From Planctomycetota bacterium (GTDB taxonomy: Bacteria; Planctomycetota; Phycisphaerae; WQYP01): a DNA stretch of 64,000 nt. A program made the position numbers and the translations under genes. The notes below the pieces were generated by a model. That model worked only from the letters and a program-made list of their open reading frames with translations. It was not told the origin of the DNA and did not search any database. Below, piece by piece: positions 8,897 to 18,722 of this stretch; within the stretch, counting starts at the first letter, position 1; the number at the start of each line of letters is the position of its first letter. The DNA lies in NCBI GenBank assembly GCA_021800165.1, contig JAJYZF010000010.1, positions 2,194 to 66,193 on the forward strand. Direction: 5' to 3'.

Positions 8897-10793
8897 GCAC
8901 GCGCGTTGGCGAAGCGGCCGTCCAAAAAAATAGTGACAGGCTACCTATTAAAAGGAATCCCATAATCGCCAACCAGGCGACGACCTCGCCAGAAGCAGGT
9001 GAGAGTTGAACAGGCGACAGCGGCGCACCAAGAAGTTGTGCGTGATTTTAATGGCGTGGTTACCTGCATAGGTTTGGCATCCTGAGGTGGAAAGGCTAGA
9101 TTTTCTTCGCTGAGAAAATGGCTCTTTTGTGCCAGCACTTATGGTTGCGGTGAATGCAACACCTCCAGAGATCAAATTGGCCGCGAGGTATCGCCGCCGT
9201 AAAAACTTCGTTGCCTTTGACCGCTGACCGCCGACCGCTTCCCAACATCCTTTATACGCCCCTGCGTACCTTCGTGCCCATTGTGGTAAAAAACCGTCAT
9301 CGCCGTTAAGGCATGGATGCCGAAATCCCGATGGCGCAGGAGCCGCGCATCGGGACTGACCGCCGACCGCTCATCGCTTCCCAACATCCCCCGCCGTCCT
9401 CTAAATCTGTGAAATCTGTGTAAGGCGTTTATCCCGACGTCCATCGGGATGGATCCCCCCGTCCGTCCTTCGCGCTCCTCTGCGTCCCCAGCGGTGAATA
9501 ATCATCTCCCGTCTCGTCGCGGCGCAGCCGCCAGCCCTCCGTCTTCCTTGAGCTCTACTGTTCACCTGTTCACCTATCACCTTTCTCGCGCAGCGCCCCA
9601 TCCTCTGCGGTCCTCTGCGTCCCCTGCGGTGAACACTCCTGCGGCCGCAGCCGCCTTTAACTCCTAGCTCCCAGATTCTAACTCCTGCGGCCACAGCCGC
9701 CGTCTCCCGTCTCGCGGGCCGCAGCCCGCGCCATTACCCTCCCCCATACCCCGCCTATCACTCATCAAGCGGAACTCCCGATGGAAGGCTCATTCCCGAT
9801 GGCTATTGGGACGCGCCAAGCCTCGTTCCGCCTGACCGCAGGCCCCCAAACCGCCCGCGATCACTGACAAGTAAATACGTACCCCGCCGCGTGGCCCCTC
9901 GAAGCCACAGGCCAGGCACCACACCAAAATAAGGAATTCGACCCATGCCCATGCTGCGCCCACAAAACGAAAAAAAGCCCCCTCAACCCGGAAAATTAAA
10001 AATGTTTGGCCACATTGCCCATCTTGGCCATCTTACCCCCAAAACCCCAACAAAACCGCCCATTTTTCAACCTGTCCAAGACGGCCAACCCCCAAAACCT
10101 TGGCCACCTTGGCCATCTTGCCCGTCCCCGCCCTCCCGCTCTGCGTACCTCTGCGTCCGAAGTTTATCCCGATGTCTGTCGGGACGGTAAAAAATCGTCA
10201 TCGCCGTTGAGGCATGGATGCCGAAATCCCGATGGGGCAGGAGCCAAGCATCGGGAACTCCTGTCTCCTGACCCCTGACTCCTAACTCCCGTCGCGGCAT
10301 GGATGGCGAAATCTCCCGATGTCCCGTAGGCCCAACGCCGTTCGGGAGAGTCGCCAATCGGGAACTCCCGTCTCCTGACTCCTGACTTCTGACTCCTAAC
10401 TCCCGTCGCGGCATGGATGCCGAAATCTCCCGACGCATCGGGACAGGAGCCAAGCATCGGGAAGGCATGGATGCCGAAATCCCGATGTCCCGTAGGCCCA
10501 ACGCCGTTCGGGGGAGCCACCAATCGGGACCTCCCAACTCCTAAGTCCTAGCTCCCAGCTCCTAGCTCCCAACTCCTAACTCCTTACCAAAAAAACTTGT
10601 TGATCTTGTGGATCTTGAGAATCTTACCCAATGCCGCGCGGGTGAAGGGCTTTGGAGAAATGCCGGGGTGTGTCCAAAAATCTTTGCGCCGTGCGAAGAA
10701 TTTGCAGGTTTGTGGCATTGAGTCAGCCGACATGCTACCAGAATGTTCCGATGGTCCAGCCTAAGTACCGCAAGAGAGCCGACCTGATGCGCT
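8897..10793. repeat. Non-coding repeat island between convergent genes.
   Basis: Five copies of ggcatggatgccgaaatc(t)cccgatg start at 9310, 10210, 10296, 10410 and 10464. Palindromes of the form cccgatg...catcggg recur. Other repeats include cgccgaccgct, ctcctgactcctaactcc, ttggccatcttgcc, and the pair tttatcccgaCgtcCatcgggat / tttatcccgaTgtcTgtcgggac. Confidence 0.7.
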
Positions 10794-13700
10794 TCATTGC
10801 GCCGATGCGGCAACCGACCGTACGTCGGCGATTCGCAGATAATAATTACGGATGATCCGGCGATAACCGGACGGGAATTTTTGCCTGGCGAGATTCAGCA
10901 GCCGCAGTTGTTGCAGCGGTCCAAGGTGTTCCCATTGCGCTGGACTGATGCCCAAGGCCGTTATTTGCAAAGGCACCATTCCGGCGCTCGTCAGCGGTCC
11001 CGAAAGGCCCGTTCCGGCGCTGCCCGGCGCGTGGCCCAAAGCCGAATGGCTTGCGCTGCCACTTCCAGGCTTGCCATGATTTCCACCGGCCATAGCTGAT
11101 GACTGCAAGGCGTCAGCCAGCGTTGCCCAGGCCCGGGTCAGCGACTGCGCTGCGGCGATCGCGGCTCCGGCATTGCCGGAGAGCGCTTGTGGTTGGGCGG
11201 CTAGCGCTGCCTGTACGTGTCGGGCTACCGCGGTCATGGTGTTCGAAGGGGTGCGGCCTGCGCCGTCCTGGCTGGAACCCGCCGCAGGACTACCTGCCCC
11301 GGCCGGGCGTTGCCAACGAGTGCCCATCGACGTGTTATGCGCTAGCGTCCTCATTTCCCCGCTGGCCGTACGCATTTCGGCCAGGGCTTGGCCCTGATAA
11401 TTCTGAGCCTCTTGTCGATCCTGGGTGGATTGCGCCGCGGCCGCCTGAGCTTGGGCCGTGTCGGCTCTTTGCATTTGTTGCAAAGCCGTTTCCAGATGCT
11501 CGGCCACATTTGGCGCACCGTCACGAGCTTCTTGTTGTAATTTTCGCCCTTCGGCAATGGCTCTGGCAATGGCCGCGGCAGTCTGGTGCTGGCCGTTTTC
11601 CACCGCTTGGGCTGTCGGTGTGTGATGGGCCGCCGCCGTCCGCGCGGCAAGGGTGGCCTGTCGGCTGGCCAATGCTCGGGCTCGCATGGCTGCCTCGGTC
11701 GCCTGCTGCGCCAAGTGCTTCTGTGATTCAAGGTGTTGCGTCTGGTCGCGTGTAGCCTTTGCCAAATGGTTATAAGCCTTTTGCAACAAACTTGCCCCGG
11801 CACCGCCGGATTGATGCGTGACTTGTTCCACCGCCTGCTTGGCATCGGCTCTGGCCTGAAGCAGATTCGCCCGCTCCCGCCTTGGCGGGTTTTCGTCAAG
11901 CATGTGGTGCACCTGCCGCCGAATGGCATCCGCTGCTGGCACCATGCGGTGCAGCGCTTGTGCCGCGTCTGGTTGTTGCCCAGTGGCCGTTGCCGTTTGA
12001 ACCTGTCGCGAAAGTTGGTTCAAGGATGCTTGATCACGCTTCGCCTGACTGAACTTGTGTTGGGCCGCAGGCGTCTGGGTCTGCTGGGCATACCGGTCCA
12101 ATTGCCTGGCCATGGCCCGCAAGGTCTGCACGATATTGTTACGTGCTTCCCTGGCCACTGCGGCATCGCCGCGGCTTTCCAGGGCGCGGCTTACGGCTCG
12201 CATCATCGCTGGGGTAACCGGCTGCGCCGACGCTGCGGCAATCGTCGGCTTATAGCGCTGGTTGAAACGCGTTATTTGTCGGTTCAGAATCTGCTGTTGG
12301 TCGGCCAGATGCTCCAAAGCGCTCCGCTGGGCTTGCCGAAAAATAGCCGGATGCAAATCAATATTTTCCACCGCCTGTCGGCGCACAATGGTGGCTACTT
12401 GTTGGGCTAACTGGCTGATGGCTGCCGCCATGTGCTTGGCGGCCGGAATTTGCAGTGATGGATGTTGACGCAACAACTGTTGCAGTTGTTGGGCCAAAGC
12501 CTGTTGGTCGTGGTAAGCAAGGTGGCGGGACCCGCTGTGGGCGAGCCTTTGAGCGATGGAGTGCTGCCGACGTGCCAACCGGGCCAGTGAATTCTTCAAG
12601 GCCGCACGAGCCTTGGCCTGATCCAAGGTGTGCAGCAGCCGCAACAGCGACGCTTGCGCTCGCTTTAGCCCCATCCGGCCAATCCGGGCCAACTCTGGCA
12701 TGGAGATGGGACGCGGCTGATCCGCAGCCAGACCGGTGCGGGCCAGATCATTGGCGGCCACCTGCACCGGACCGTGGGCCACACGAATGGCTTGTGCTGC
12801 TACCGCGCCAAAATCGCTCGCCAAGAGGGTCTTGGCCTGTTGCGCCAGAGTCTGCCCCGTGCGCAACACCCGCGCGGCCGCATCGGCCACCGCCGCCTTG
12901 CGTGCGGGATCCACCGCCCTGTACCTGGGCCAACCGACCAGCACCCGGACCTGGGTACGGCCCACCTTTACCGCGGTTAACGTCTGCACAATGGCTTTTC
13001 GCAGCAACTTCCATAATTTGTTATCCTGCCGGGTTTGATATTGGTGCCGCAGGTGGGCATCAACGATAAGCTCATGGCGGGCGGTCATGGCAAAATGGGC
13101 TTGCGGTCGGGCATTATCCAAGGCCTCGAGTTTATAATAAATCGTGTGGGCAGCGGCTCGGCCAGCCGCTCGGATCTGCGATTGCACCGCCATGATCCAA
13201 CTGCTTTTAATGGCCTTGGCGGGCTTGGGCGGTAAGGTCATATTGACGGTTCGCGGGGAAGAACCATCGGTCCACACCAAAGCCCGGATCGCCGAAATTC
13301 CATAGCTGTCGGTAGCGCTAAATACCACCGGTACGTGATCATCAGGCCGTACCCGCACCGTTAAGGCGGGGGTGAGAATATGGATCGTCGGCGGCCAGGC
13401 CGCATCCACCGTCACCGGCCATGGATGTTTGCTGATCGTCTTGACTCCATGGCGGTTGACCAACACCACCGCATAAGTGGCGTTGTGCGTCAACACCAGC
13501 TTCGCCTGATACGCCCGCGGACCATAAGCCATCAGCGGCAGCGTTTCCGGTGGACCGATATTTGGATTTACCATCAGCCGGCTCCCCACCGCCAGCAATT
13601 CGGTGGTATGAATAATCACCTGAACATGTGAACCAAACAGTCCGTGGATGGCTCCGCTGTGGTCATGAATAATTTTTTCCGGCAGCCCGGTATATGCCGG

Positions 13701-14381
13701 AAAGCGGTACCGTTTTTCAAAGAACGTAATCGTCGGCCCTTGTTCCACCGGGCCGGAATGTCGGTGAACGGATACGGCCGGTCCGGCGGCCGCCAGCCAG
13801 GGGAACACCGATCTTTGCACTCCCAGCGTCAGCGTTTGCGGCATCAGTGGCCAAAGGATGGCCCACGTGAGCACCAACGGGGCGCAAAGACCGGCCCAGC
13901 GTATCAATTTGGCGGTGGAAACAGCTTGCTCCGGATCTACAGCGTGCACATCATCAGCCGCCTGGTTAATAACGTGATGAACCAACTGCGGCGATCCCAT
14001 AAAGGGGTCCGGTCGTTTTTGGGCAAATTCCACGGCACTTAGAAAAAGTTCTTGCGATTGCGGTATGAGAGCATCCATGGTAGATGCGGCCGCCTGCAGA
14101 TTTACCCTTCGCAGAGCTGGACCAAGCACCCGCAGACATAACCCCGCCGGCACCACCCAGACCAGCAGAGCCAACACCCAACGCAGCGCCAGGGGCATGT
14201 GCGTGAATTCTCCCAGCAGGAGCACCCCGGCCAAGGCGACCGCCAAACTTACAAAGAGCACCCGTAATACCGCCAGACTGATCCGCACACTACGCTGCCG
14301 CCGCGCCACGCTTTGTAGCGATTCATGCAAGTTATCGGGCATCCGCCCTTTCGTTGCTGGATTGAAATTGCGAGCCATCAT
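10794..14381 (-). CDS. Large membrane-anchored protein with a long Gln/Ala-rich coiled-coil region (hypothetical; possibly DUF4175-like).
   Basis: Two N-terminal TM helices lie within the first 190 aa. A globular domain of about 400 aa follows. The last 600 aa or so are dominated by A/Q/R/L heptad-like sequence. The protein ends ...FPSGYRRIIRNYYLRIADVRSVAASAQ. ATG at 14381 (MMARNF...) is preferred over the TTG at 14420. Confidence 0.5.
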   Translation of the reverse strand: MMARNFNPATKGRMPDNLHESLQSVARRQRSVRISLAVLRVLFVSLAVALAGVLLLGEFTHMPLALRWVLALLVWVVPAGLCLRVLGPALRRVNLQAAASTMDALIPQSQELFLSAVEFAQKRPDPFMGSPQLVHHVINQAADDVHAVDPEQAVSTAKLIRWAGLCAPLVLTWAILWPLMPQTLTLGVQRSVFPWLAAAGPAVSVHRHSGPVEQGPTITFFEKRYRFPAYTGLPEKIIHDHSGAIHGLFGSHVQVIIHTTELLAVGSRLMVNPNIGPPETLPLMAYGPRAYQAKLVLTHNATYAVVLVNRHGVKTISKHPWPVTVDAAWPPTIHILTPALTVRVRPDDHVPVVFSATDSYGISAIRALVWTDGSSPRTVNMTLPPKPAKAIKSSWIMAVQSQIRAAGRAAAHTIYYKLEALDNARPQAHFAMTARHELIVDAHLRHQYQTRQDNKLWKLLRKAIVQTLTAVKVGRTQVRVLVGWPRYRAVDPARKAAVADAAARVLRTGQTLAQQAKTLLASDFGAVAAQAIRVAHGPVQVAANDLARTGLAADQPRPISMPELARIGRMGLKRAQASLLRLLHTLDQAKARAALKNSLARLARRQHSIAQRLAHSGSRHLAYHDQQALAQQLQQLLRQHPSLQIPAAKHMAAAISQLAQQVATIVRRQAVENIDLHPAIFRQAQRSALEHLADQQQILNRQITRFNQRYKPTIAAASAQPVTPAMMRAVSRALESRGDAAVAREARNNIVQTLRAMARQLDRYAQQTQTPAAQHKFSQAKRDQASLNQLSRQVQTATATGQQPDAAQALHRMVPAADAIRRQVHHMLDENPPRRERANLLQARADAKQAVEQVTHQSGGAGASLLQKAYNHLAKATRDQTQHLESQKHLAQQATEAAMRARALASRQATLAARTAAAHHTPTAQAVENGQHQTAAAIARAIAEGRKLQQEARDGAPNVAEHLETALQQMQRADTAQAQAAAAQSTQDRQEAQNYQGQALAEMRTASGEMRTLAHNTSMGTRWQRPAGAGSPAAGSSQDGAGRTPSNTMTAVARHVQAALAAQPQALSGNAGAAIAAAQSLTRAWATLADALQSSAMAGGNHGKPGSGSASHSALGHAPGSAGTGLSGPLTSAGMVPLQITALGISPAQWEHLGPLQQLRLLNLARQKFPSGYRRIIRNYYLRIADVRSVAASAQ

Positions 14382-15313
14382 TGCCCATCCGCTTGAAACT
14401 CTGCCATGGCTTAAAATCAATTATACCCGATCTTCGGCCGCCACAGGCATCTTCAGCTTCAATAAAGGGAGGATACCGCTACTGGGGTGACCGGCGTTCT
14501 CCCCCGGTCAACAGCACGGCAATCCCGATTTAATAGGACCTGCGGAATATTCTCTTATTGTCGGGGTGGCAACCGGTCGAAAAAGCTACTATCCCGGCAC
14601 GGAGGCTATGTCGAGAGGCCAGGGATCGGTAGACAACTTTGCGTGGAAATGCCGGAGTAATGTTTAATGCCAGCCTCTTTGCGAATCACCCTGACCGATT
14701 CGTCGTTTGCTTTACGCATGCTACCCGGAGGTGACGCCGCAACTGCCACGGCCGCCGGCCGTTCTACAACAATTTCCGCTCCGCGCCATCGCATTCATGC
14801 TCATCCTGCGGCGAGCCGCCGGCTCAGGCACAGCGTTCGGTGCCAAGCAACACGACGATTGCCAAAACTCCTGGTTCCAGCGGGCACCACCTTTCCGATG
14901 TGAACATTCCATGGTCTAAACATGATGTCGCAGTTGGGACTGCGGGAGGTTGGGGGCGGCTTGGCTTTGGCCCGGTGGACAGATGGTCCATTTTCCACCC
15001 GCATTTTGTTGCGCGTTCGGGAGTTCGGCGGCAAGAATTGCTGAGGGTTTGGTGGCTTTTTTGGCGTGGCGGAAGCCCGGTGCTCCACGGCCCAATCCCA
15101 AAGGTCCCGTTAGTCGTTCGCAGACCGGGCCAAATGGTGGCGTAGCAGGAGGCGGACAATCCTTTCACCATGCCACCCGTACCCTCGCCGACCGCAAGGA
15201 ATTATCATTGCCGGTTTTGCCGCCCGGCAGACACCTCCCTTGCGTTCCACCGCCGGTCACCATGAAACTGCATCTATCCACAGAAATCGGTGAGCTGGTG
15301 TCATTTGACCTGC

Positions 15314-15343
15314 CTTGACAACTAACAGGATCCCGCGTACATT
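15314..15343 (+). promoter_or_regulatory. Sigma70-type promoter CTTGACA-N17-TACATT.
   Basis: ccttgacaactaacaggatcccgcgtacattat lies immediately upstream of the riboswitch aptamer. Confidence 0.5.
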
Positions 15344-15361
15344 ATTTTGTGGGACAACCAA

Positions 15362-15422
15362 AGGAGATGGAGTCCTCCCGTAACCGCCCGGATCGAGATA
15401 TCAGGGCTAATGACTCCTGGCG
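15362..15422 (+). ncRNA. Fluoride riboswitch (crcB motif), copy 2.
   Basis: AGGAGAUGGAGUCCUCCC-GUAACCGCCC-(GGAUCGAGAUAUCA)-GGGC-UAAUGACUCCUGG shows P1 GGAG/CUCC, a conserved AUGG.GU loop, and AACCGCCC paired to GGGC as P3. The 3' UAAUGACUCCU segment is complementary to the loop GGAGUC, giving the pseudoknot. All of this matches the crcB-motif consensus. Confidence 0.8.
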
Positions 15423-15594
15423 AGTGTCGATGCGCTCGATACGGGCTTGAAGGCAAGCCAGCGTTGAGGTGTTGGTAGCCGGGAATTGATGGTTGCGGGT
15501 AGTTTACAGGCTCCGTCGGATCCTACTACACACGAAAACTTTTCGCTCCGCAGCGACGCCGTAGCCACCCAATGGAATCGGTTGGCGGGTCCGT

Positions 15595-16566
15595 TTGTCA
15601 TGGAGAATCGCTTCAATGCCGCGGATGATAGCATATAACCTTTTGCAGGTGGCAGTGGTGCTGTTGGCCTCGCCGTTGGCGGTGGGCGTGCTCAACCGGC
15701 TCAAGGAGCGGGTACAGTCCAAACAGGGGTCAAGTATCTTTCAGGTGTACCGCGATATTTGGAAGTTATTCCACAAAGATCAGATTATTTCCGACCAAAG
15801 CACCTGGATTTTCCGCTTCACGCCTTACCTGATTTTTGCGGCCCCAATTTTAGTAACACTGCTGATTCCTGTGCTCACGAGTTATCCGCTGTTTTTTGCC
15901 TTTATGGGAGACATGCTGGGGGCTGGTTTTGTCCTGGCGCTGGGCGGATTTTTCGCAGCACTAGCCGCTGTGGACACAGGCAATCCGTATGGGGCGATGG
16001 GAGCGAGCCGCACCCGCATGGTCGGGTTTCTGGCCGAGCCGGTCTTTATGGTGGTGTTTTTCACGGTTTGTTTCGTGGCCAATTCCACCATTCCCTATAT
16101 TGTCCAGCAAACCTGGGTGCACCCGAAATCCAATTTTTTTGACCCATCGCACGTACTTATTGTTATTGCCTTTTTCATGCTTGTTCTTGCGGAAACGGGG
16201 AAAATACCCGTGGATAACCCGTCCGGCCATTTTGAATTGGCGATGATTGATGAATCCAAATCGCTGGAATATTCCGGGGCGGGCGCGGCCCTGGTGAAGT
16301 GGGGCGGCTGCATGAAATTTTTTGTTTTGCTGTGCGTGCTCCTCAATGTGCTCATCGCCCCGTGGGGCCTGGCTTCCGGAACAGGAATCGGCGATGTTGC
16401 CTGGGCAATTCCGCTGGTGTTGCTCAAAATCCTGGCCGCCATCCTAGCAATCACAGTGGTGGAAAGCTCGCTGGCGAAGTTGCGGCTGTTCCGGATTACG
16501 GCATTTCTAGGCCTGGCGCTGGTGGTGGCGGTGGCCGCCATGCTGGCACGTATGATGCGCATCTGA
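15595..16566 (+). CDS. Ehr/Hyf-type membrane subunit, NuoH/HycD family.
   Basis: LKERVQSKQGSSIFQVYRDIWKLFHKD matches the NuoH/HycD N-terminal loop. About 8 TM helices. The true start may be the ATG at 15615 or 15624. Confidence 0.7.
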   Translation: MSWRIASMPRMIAYNLLQVAVVLLASPLAVGVLNRLKERVQSKQGSSIFQVYRDIWKLFHKDQIISDQSTWIFRFTPYLIFAAPILVTLLIPVLTSYPLFFAFMGDMLGAGFVLALGGFFAALAAVDTGNPYGAMGASRTRMVGFLAEPVFMVVFFTVCFVANSTIPYIVQQTWVHPKSNFFDPSHVLIVIAFFMLVLAETGKIPVDNPSGHFELAMIDESKSLEYSGAGAALVKWGGCMKFFVLLCVLLNVLIAPWGLASGTGIGDVAWAIPLVLLKILAAILAITVVESSLAKLRLFRITAFLGLALVVAVAAMLARMMRI

Positions 16567-16570
16567 CCTG

Positions 16571-17263
16571 ATGGAGAAGCCGCCAATGGTAACGCACCCG
16601 ATCATGTCCTGGCTCAACGCTTGGAATCAACTGATGGCCGGCTTTTTCCTGCTTTGCAGCTTTGGACTTATTGCGGCGGCCCAGGTAACCGGCTGTATGC
16701 GCTTTTATGTTCTACAATCTCTGTTTCTCGCCTGTTCGGCGGCGTTGCTGGGCATGTTGGACAACAGCACCGATTTATTTATGGTCGCTGGCATCTATAT
16801 CATTGCCAAGGTGATCCTGATTCCCGTGCTCCTTAAACGCACGGCTCGCGAGGCAATGATCGCCCGGCGTGAACTGGTGCAGGTGATCGGGGTACCTTCC
16901 TCCCTGCTCATTGCGCTGGGCCTTACCCTGGTCGCCTATTATATCGCCCTGCCCCTGACCGCCGGAGCCAATAGCGGTACTCGAATCGGTCTACCCATTG
17001 GACTGGCAGCGGTTTTTATTGCGGCCTACACCATCACGGTACGGCGCGAAGCTTTGCCACAGATGCTAAGCCTGCTGGCCATTGAAAATGGGGCATTCTT
17101 TGCGGGCGACGCGATTGCTCCGCATTTTCCGCTTATTGGCGAACTTGCGGCGGTCTTCGATGTGCTGATGATCGTGTTGGTTCTGGGTGTGCTAAGCACA
17201 CAGGTGCACAGATCACTGGGCAATACGACCGTGGGTTCGCTGGCACAGCTTGGGGAGGATTAA
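16571..17263 (+). CDS. HyfE-like small membrane subunit of a group-4 hydrogenase-related complex.
   Basis: About 220-aa polytopic membrane protein lying between the NuoH-like and NuoM/N-like genes, the same position as hyfE in hyf operons. Confidence 0.5.
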   Translation: MEKPPMVTHPIMSWLNAWNQLMAGFFLLCSFGLIAAAQVTGCMRFYVLQSLFLACSAALLGMLDNSTDLFMVAGIYIIAKVILIPVLLKRTAREAMIARRELVQVIGVPSSLLIALGLTLVAYYIALPLTAGANSGTRIGLPIGLAAVFIAAYTITVRREALPQMLSLLAIENGAFFAGDAIAPHFPLIGELAAVFDVLMIVLVLGVLSTQVHRSLGNTTVGSLAQLGED

Positions 17264-17267
17264 AGAC

Positions 17268-18722
17268 ATGTGGATTGGCCTGACCTTGCTGTTGCCGGTG
17301 GTGGCGATATTGATCACGGCGCTGCCGGTGCGCGCCGCTGTCGCCGGGACGGCTGCGGCACTTCTGGCGGCGCTCAACGTGGCGGTGGCCGCGACAATCG
17401 CGGTGCAATTGGCTGGACACTCGCCGGTAACTTTGGTACCGGGGTGGTTGGCCATTGATTCATTTGGCGGAATCGTACTGTTGCTGGAAACATTCGGGGC
17501 CTTGACAGCCCTGCTTTTTTCCGTCGGGTATCTGAAATCGCCGCACATTTCAGACCGACGGCTCAAGCGGTATCTGCTGTGGCTTCACCTGTTCCTCTTG
17601 GCGCTGTATGCCATTCCACTGCTCAATGAACTGGCTTTGGTGTGGTTGGCCCTGACCTTGACTACGTTGTTTTCAGTCTTTCTGGTGAGCTTTGAACGTA
17701 CTCCCGCAGCGTTGGAGGCGGGTTGGAAATATGCCCTGCTTACCACCTTGGGAGCCGCCTTGGCACTCTTGGGAATTCTGCTGCTTTACTGGGCCCTTAC
17801 CAAGGCCGGAGGCTCAGATTTCACCTGGCATGGGCTGACCCGCGCCGCTGGGGAAATGCCCGGGAGCATTGTCAGTCTGGCGTTTCTTTTGATGCTGGTG
17901 GGTTTTGGCACCAAAGCGGCGTTGATACCGTTTCATGCCTGGCTGCCTGATGCTTACAGTCAGGCACCATTTCCGGTGTGCGCGATGCTGTCAATTCTGG
18001 AAAGCGTGGCGATACCATACGTGATTTTGCGTCTGGTTGGCACTATTGGCGCTGCGCATGGCAGCCACGCCCCACAGTGGCTGCTGGTATTTGGCCTGGT
18101 CTCGGCGGGGGGGGCGGCACTGCTGATTTTGCAAACGCGTGAGTACAAGCGGTTATTCGCGTATTCCACCATTGAAAACACCGGGATTATACTAACGGCG
18201 GGGGCCATGGCCTCCAACCATTTGAAGCAGGCGGCCCTGTGGCAAATGATTGCGCACGGGTTCACCAAGCCGGTCATTTTTCTGGCTGCGGGAATCATGT
18301 TCGTGCTGGTCGGCAAGCTGCGCATTTCCGAAGTTCGCGGGGTGTTATCAGCCTCGTGGGTGGTCGGTTCAGTGGTGATGTTGGCCGGACTGGCCCTGGC
18401 TGGAGCACCGCCTTTTGCGATTTTTTTAAGCGAGTTGGCGATCTTAAAAAGCGGTATGGTGGGCAGTCAGGCTTGGGTGGTGATGCTGCTGGCGGCTTTT
18501 ATGATCGTTTCATTTTGTGCCATCACCTATCACCTCTTCAGAATGGTTTTAGGCAAGGCCCCCGAGGACTCCGCCCGGGATCGGTCGGTTATTGCCATCG
18601 CTTGCTGGTGGGCGCTGGTGGTGGCCTTGGTTCCGGTGGTTGTATTAGGTTGGTGGATGCCTCCATTTCTGCACCATTTAATAACGGGTGGTGCTGCGGC
18701 TCTGGGAGGAACGTCGCCATGA
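17268..18722 (+). CDS. NuoM/NuoN/HyfF-type antiporter-like membrane subunit.
   Basis: Conserved antiporter-family blocks are present: FHAWLPDAYSQAP, AYSTIENTGII, KPVIFLAAGIMF. The ATG at 17268 follows the RBS ggggagga. Confidence 0.75.
   Translation: MWIGLTLLLPVVAILITALPVRAAVAGTAAALLAALNVAVAATIAVQLAGHSPVTLVPGWLAIDSFGGIVLLLETFGALTALLFSVGYLKSPHISDRRLKRYLLWLHLFLLALYAIPLLNELALVWLALTLTTLFSVFLVSFERTPAALEAGWKYALLTTLGAALALLGILLLYWALTKAGGSDFTWHGLTRAAGEMPGSIVSLAFLLMLVGFGTKAALIPFHAWLPDAYSQAPFPVCAMLSILESVAIPYVILRLVGTIGAAHGSHAPQWLLVFGLVSAGGAALLILQTREYKRLFAYSTIENTGIILTAGAMASNHLKQAALWQMIAHGFTKPVIFLAAGIMFVLVGKLRISEVRGVLSASWVVGSVVMLAGLALAGAPPFAIFLSELAILKSGMVGSQAWVVMLLAAFMIVSFCAITYHLFRMVLGKAPEDSARDRSVIAIACWWALVVALVPVVVLGWWMPPFLHHLITGGAAALGGTSP

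Noticed and set aside
9310-10490. Possible CRISPR array, because of the 24-nt ggcatggatgccgaaatcccgatg repeats.
   Set aside because: Repeat spacing is irregular (86, 114 and 54 nt). Units are imperfect, and further repeat types are embedded in the 'spacers'. There are no cas genes nearby. It behaves like REP/MITE-type repeats, not a CRISPR.
9945-10537. ORFs within the repeat island (9945-10190, 10006-10278, 10067-10537, 10164-10523).
   Set aside because: Their translations are peptide repeats (e.g. HREISPSMPRRELGVRGQETG) that mirror the DNA repeats. They are low-complexity artefacts.
14420-15313. Search for tRNA, tmRNA, SRP RNA or RNase P RNA in the large intergenic regions (also 27316-27880 and 45600-46560).
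   Set aside because: No T-loop GGTTCGAnTCC, no tmRNA 5' GGGGCUGAUUCUGGAUUCGAC, no SRP GGAAGGAAGCAGC and no RNase P conserved blocks were seen by eye. None is called, but a covariance-model scan would be needed for certainty.
15420-15470. Hairpin GGCUUG-AAGG-CAAGCC after riboswitch copy 2, considered as a terminator.
   Set aside because: No U-tract follows it. The expression platform of copy 2 is probably translational or uses a different structure. Left unassigned.
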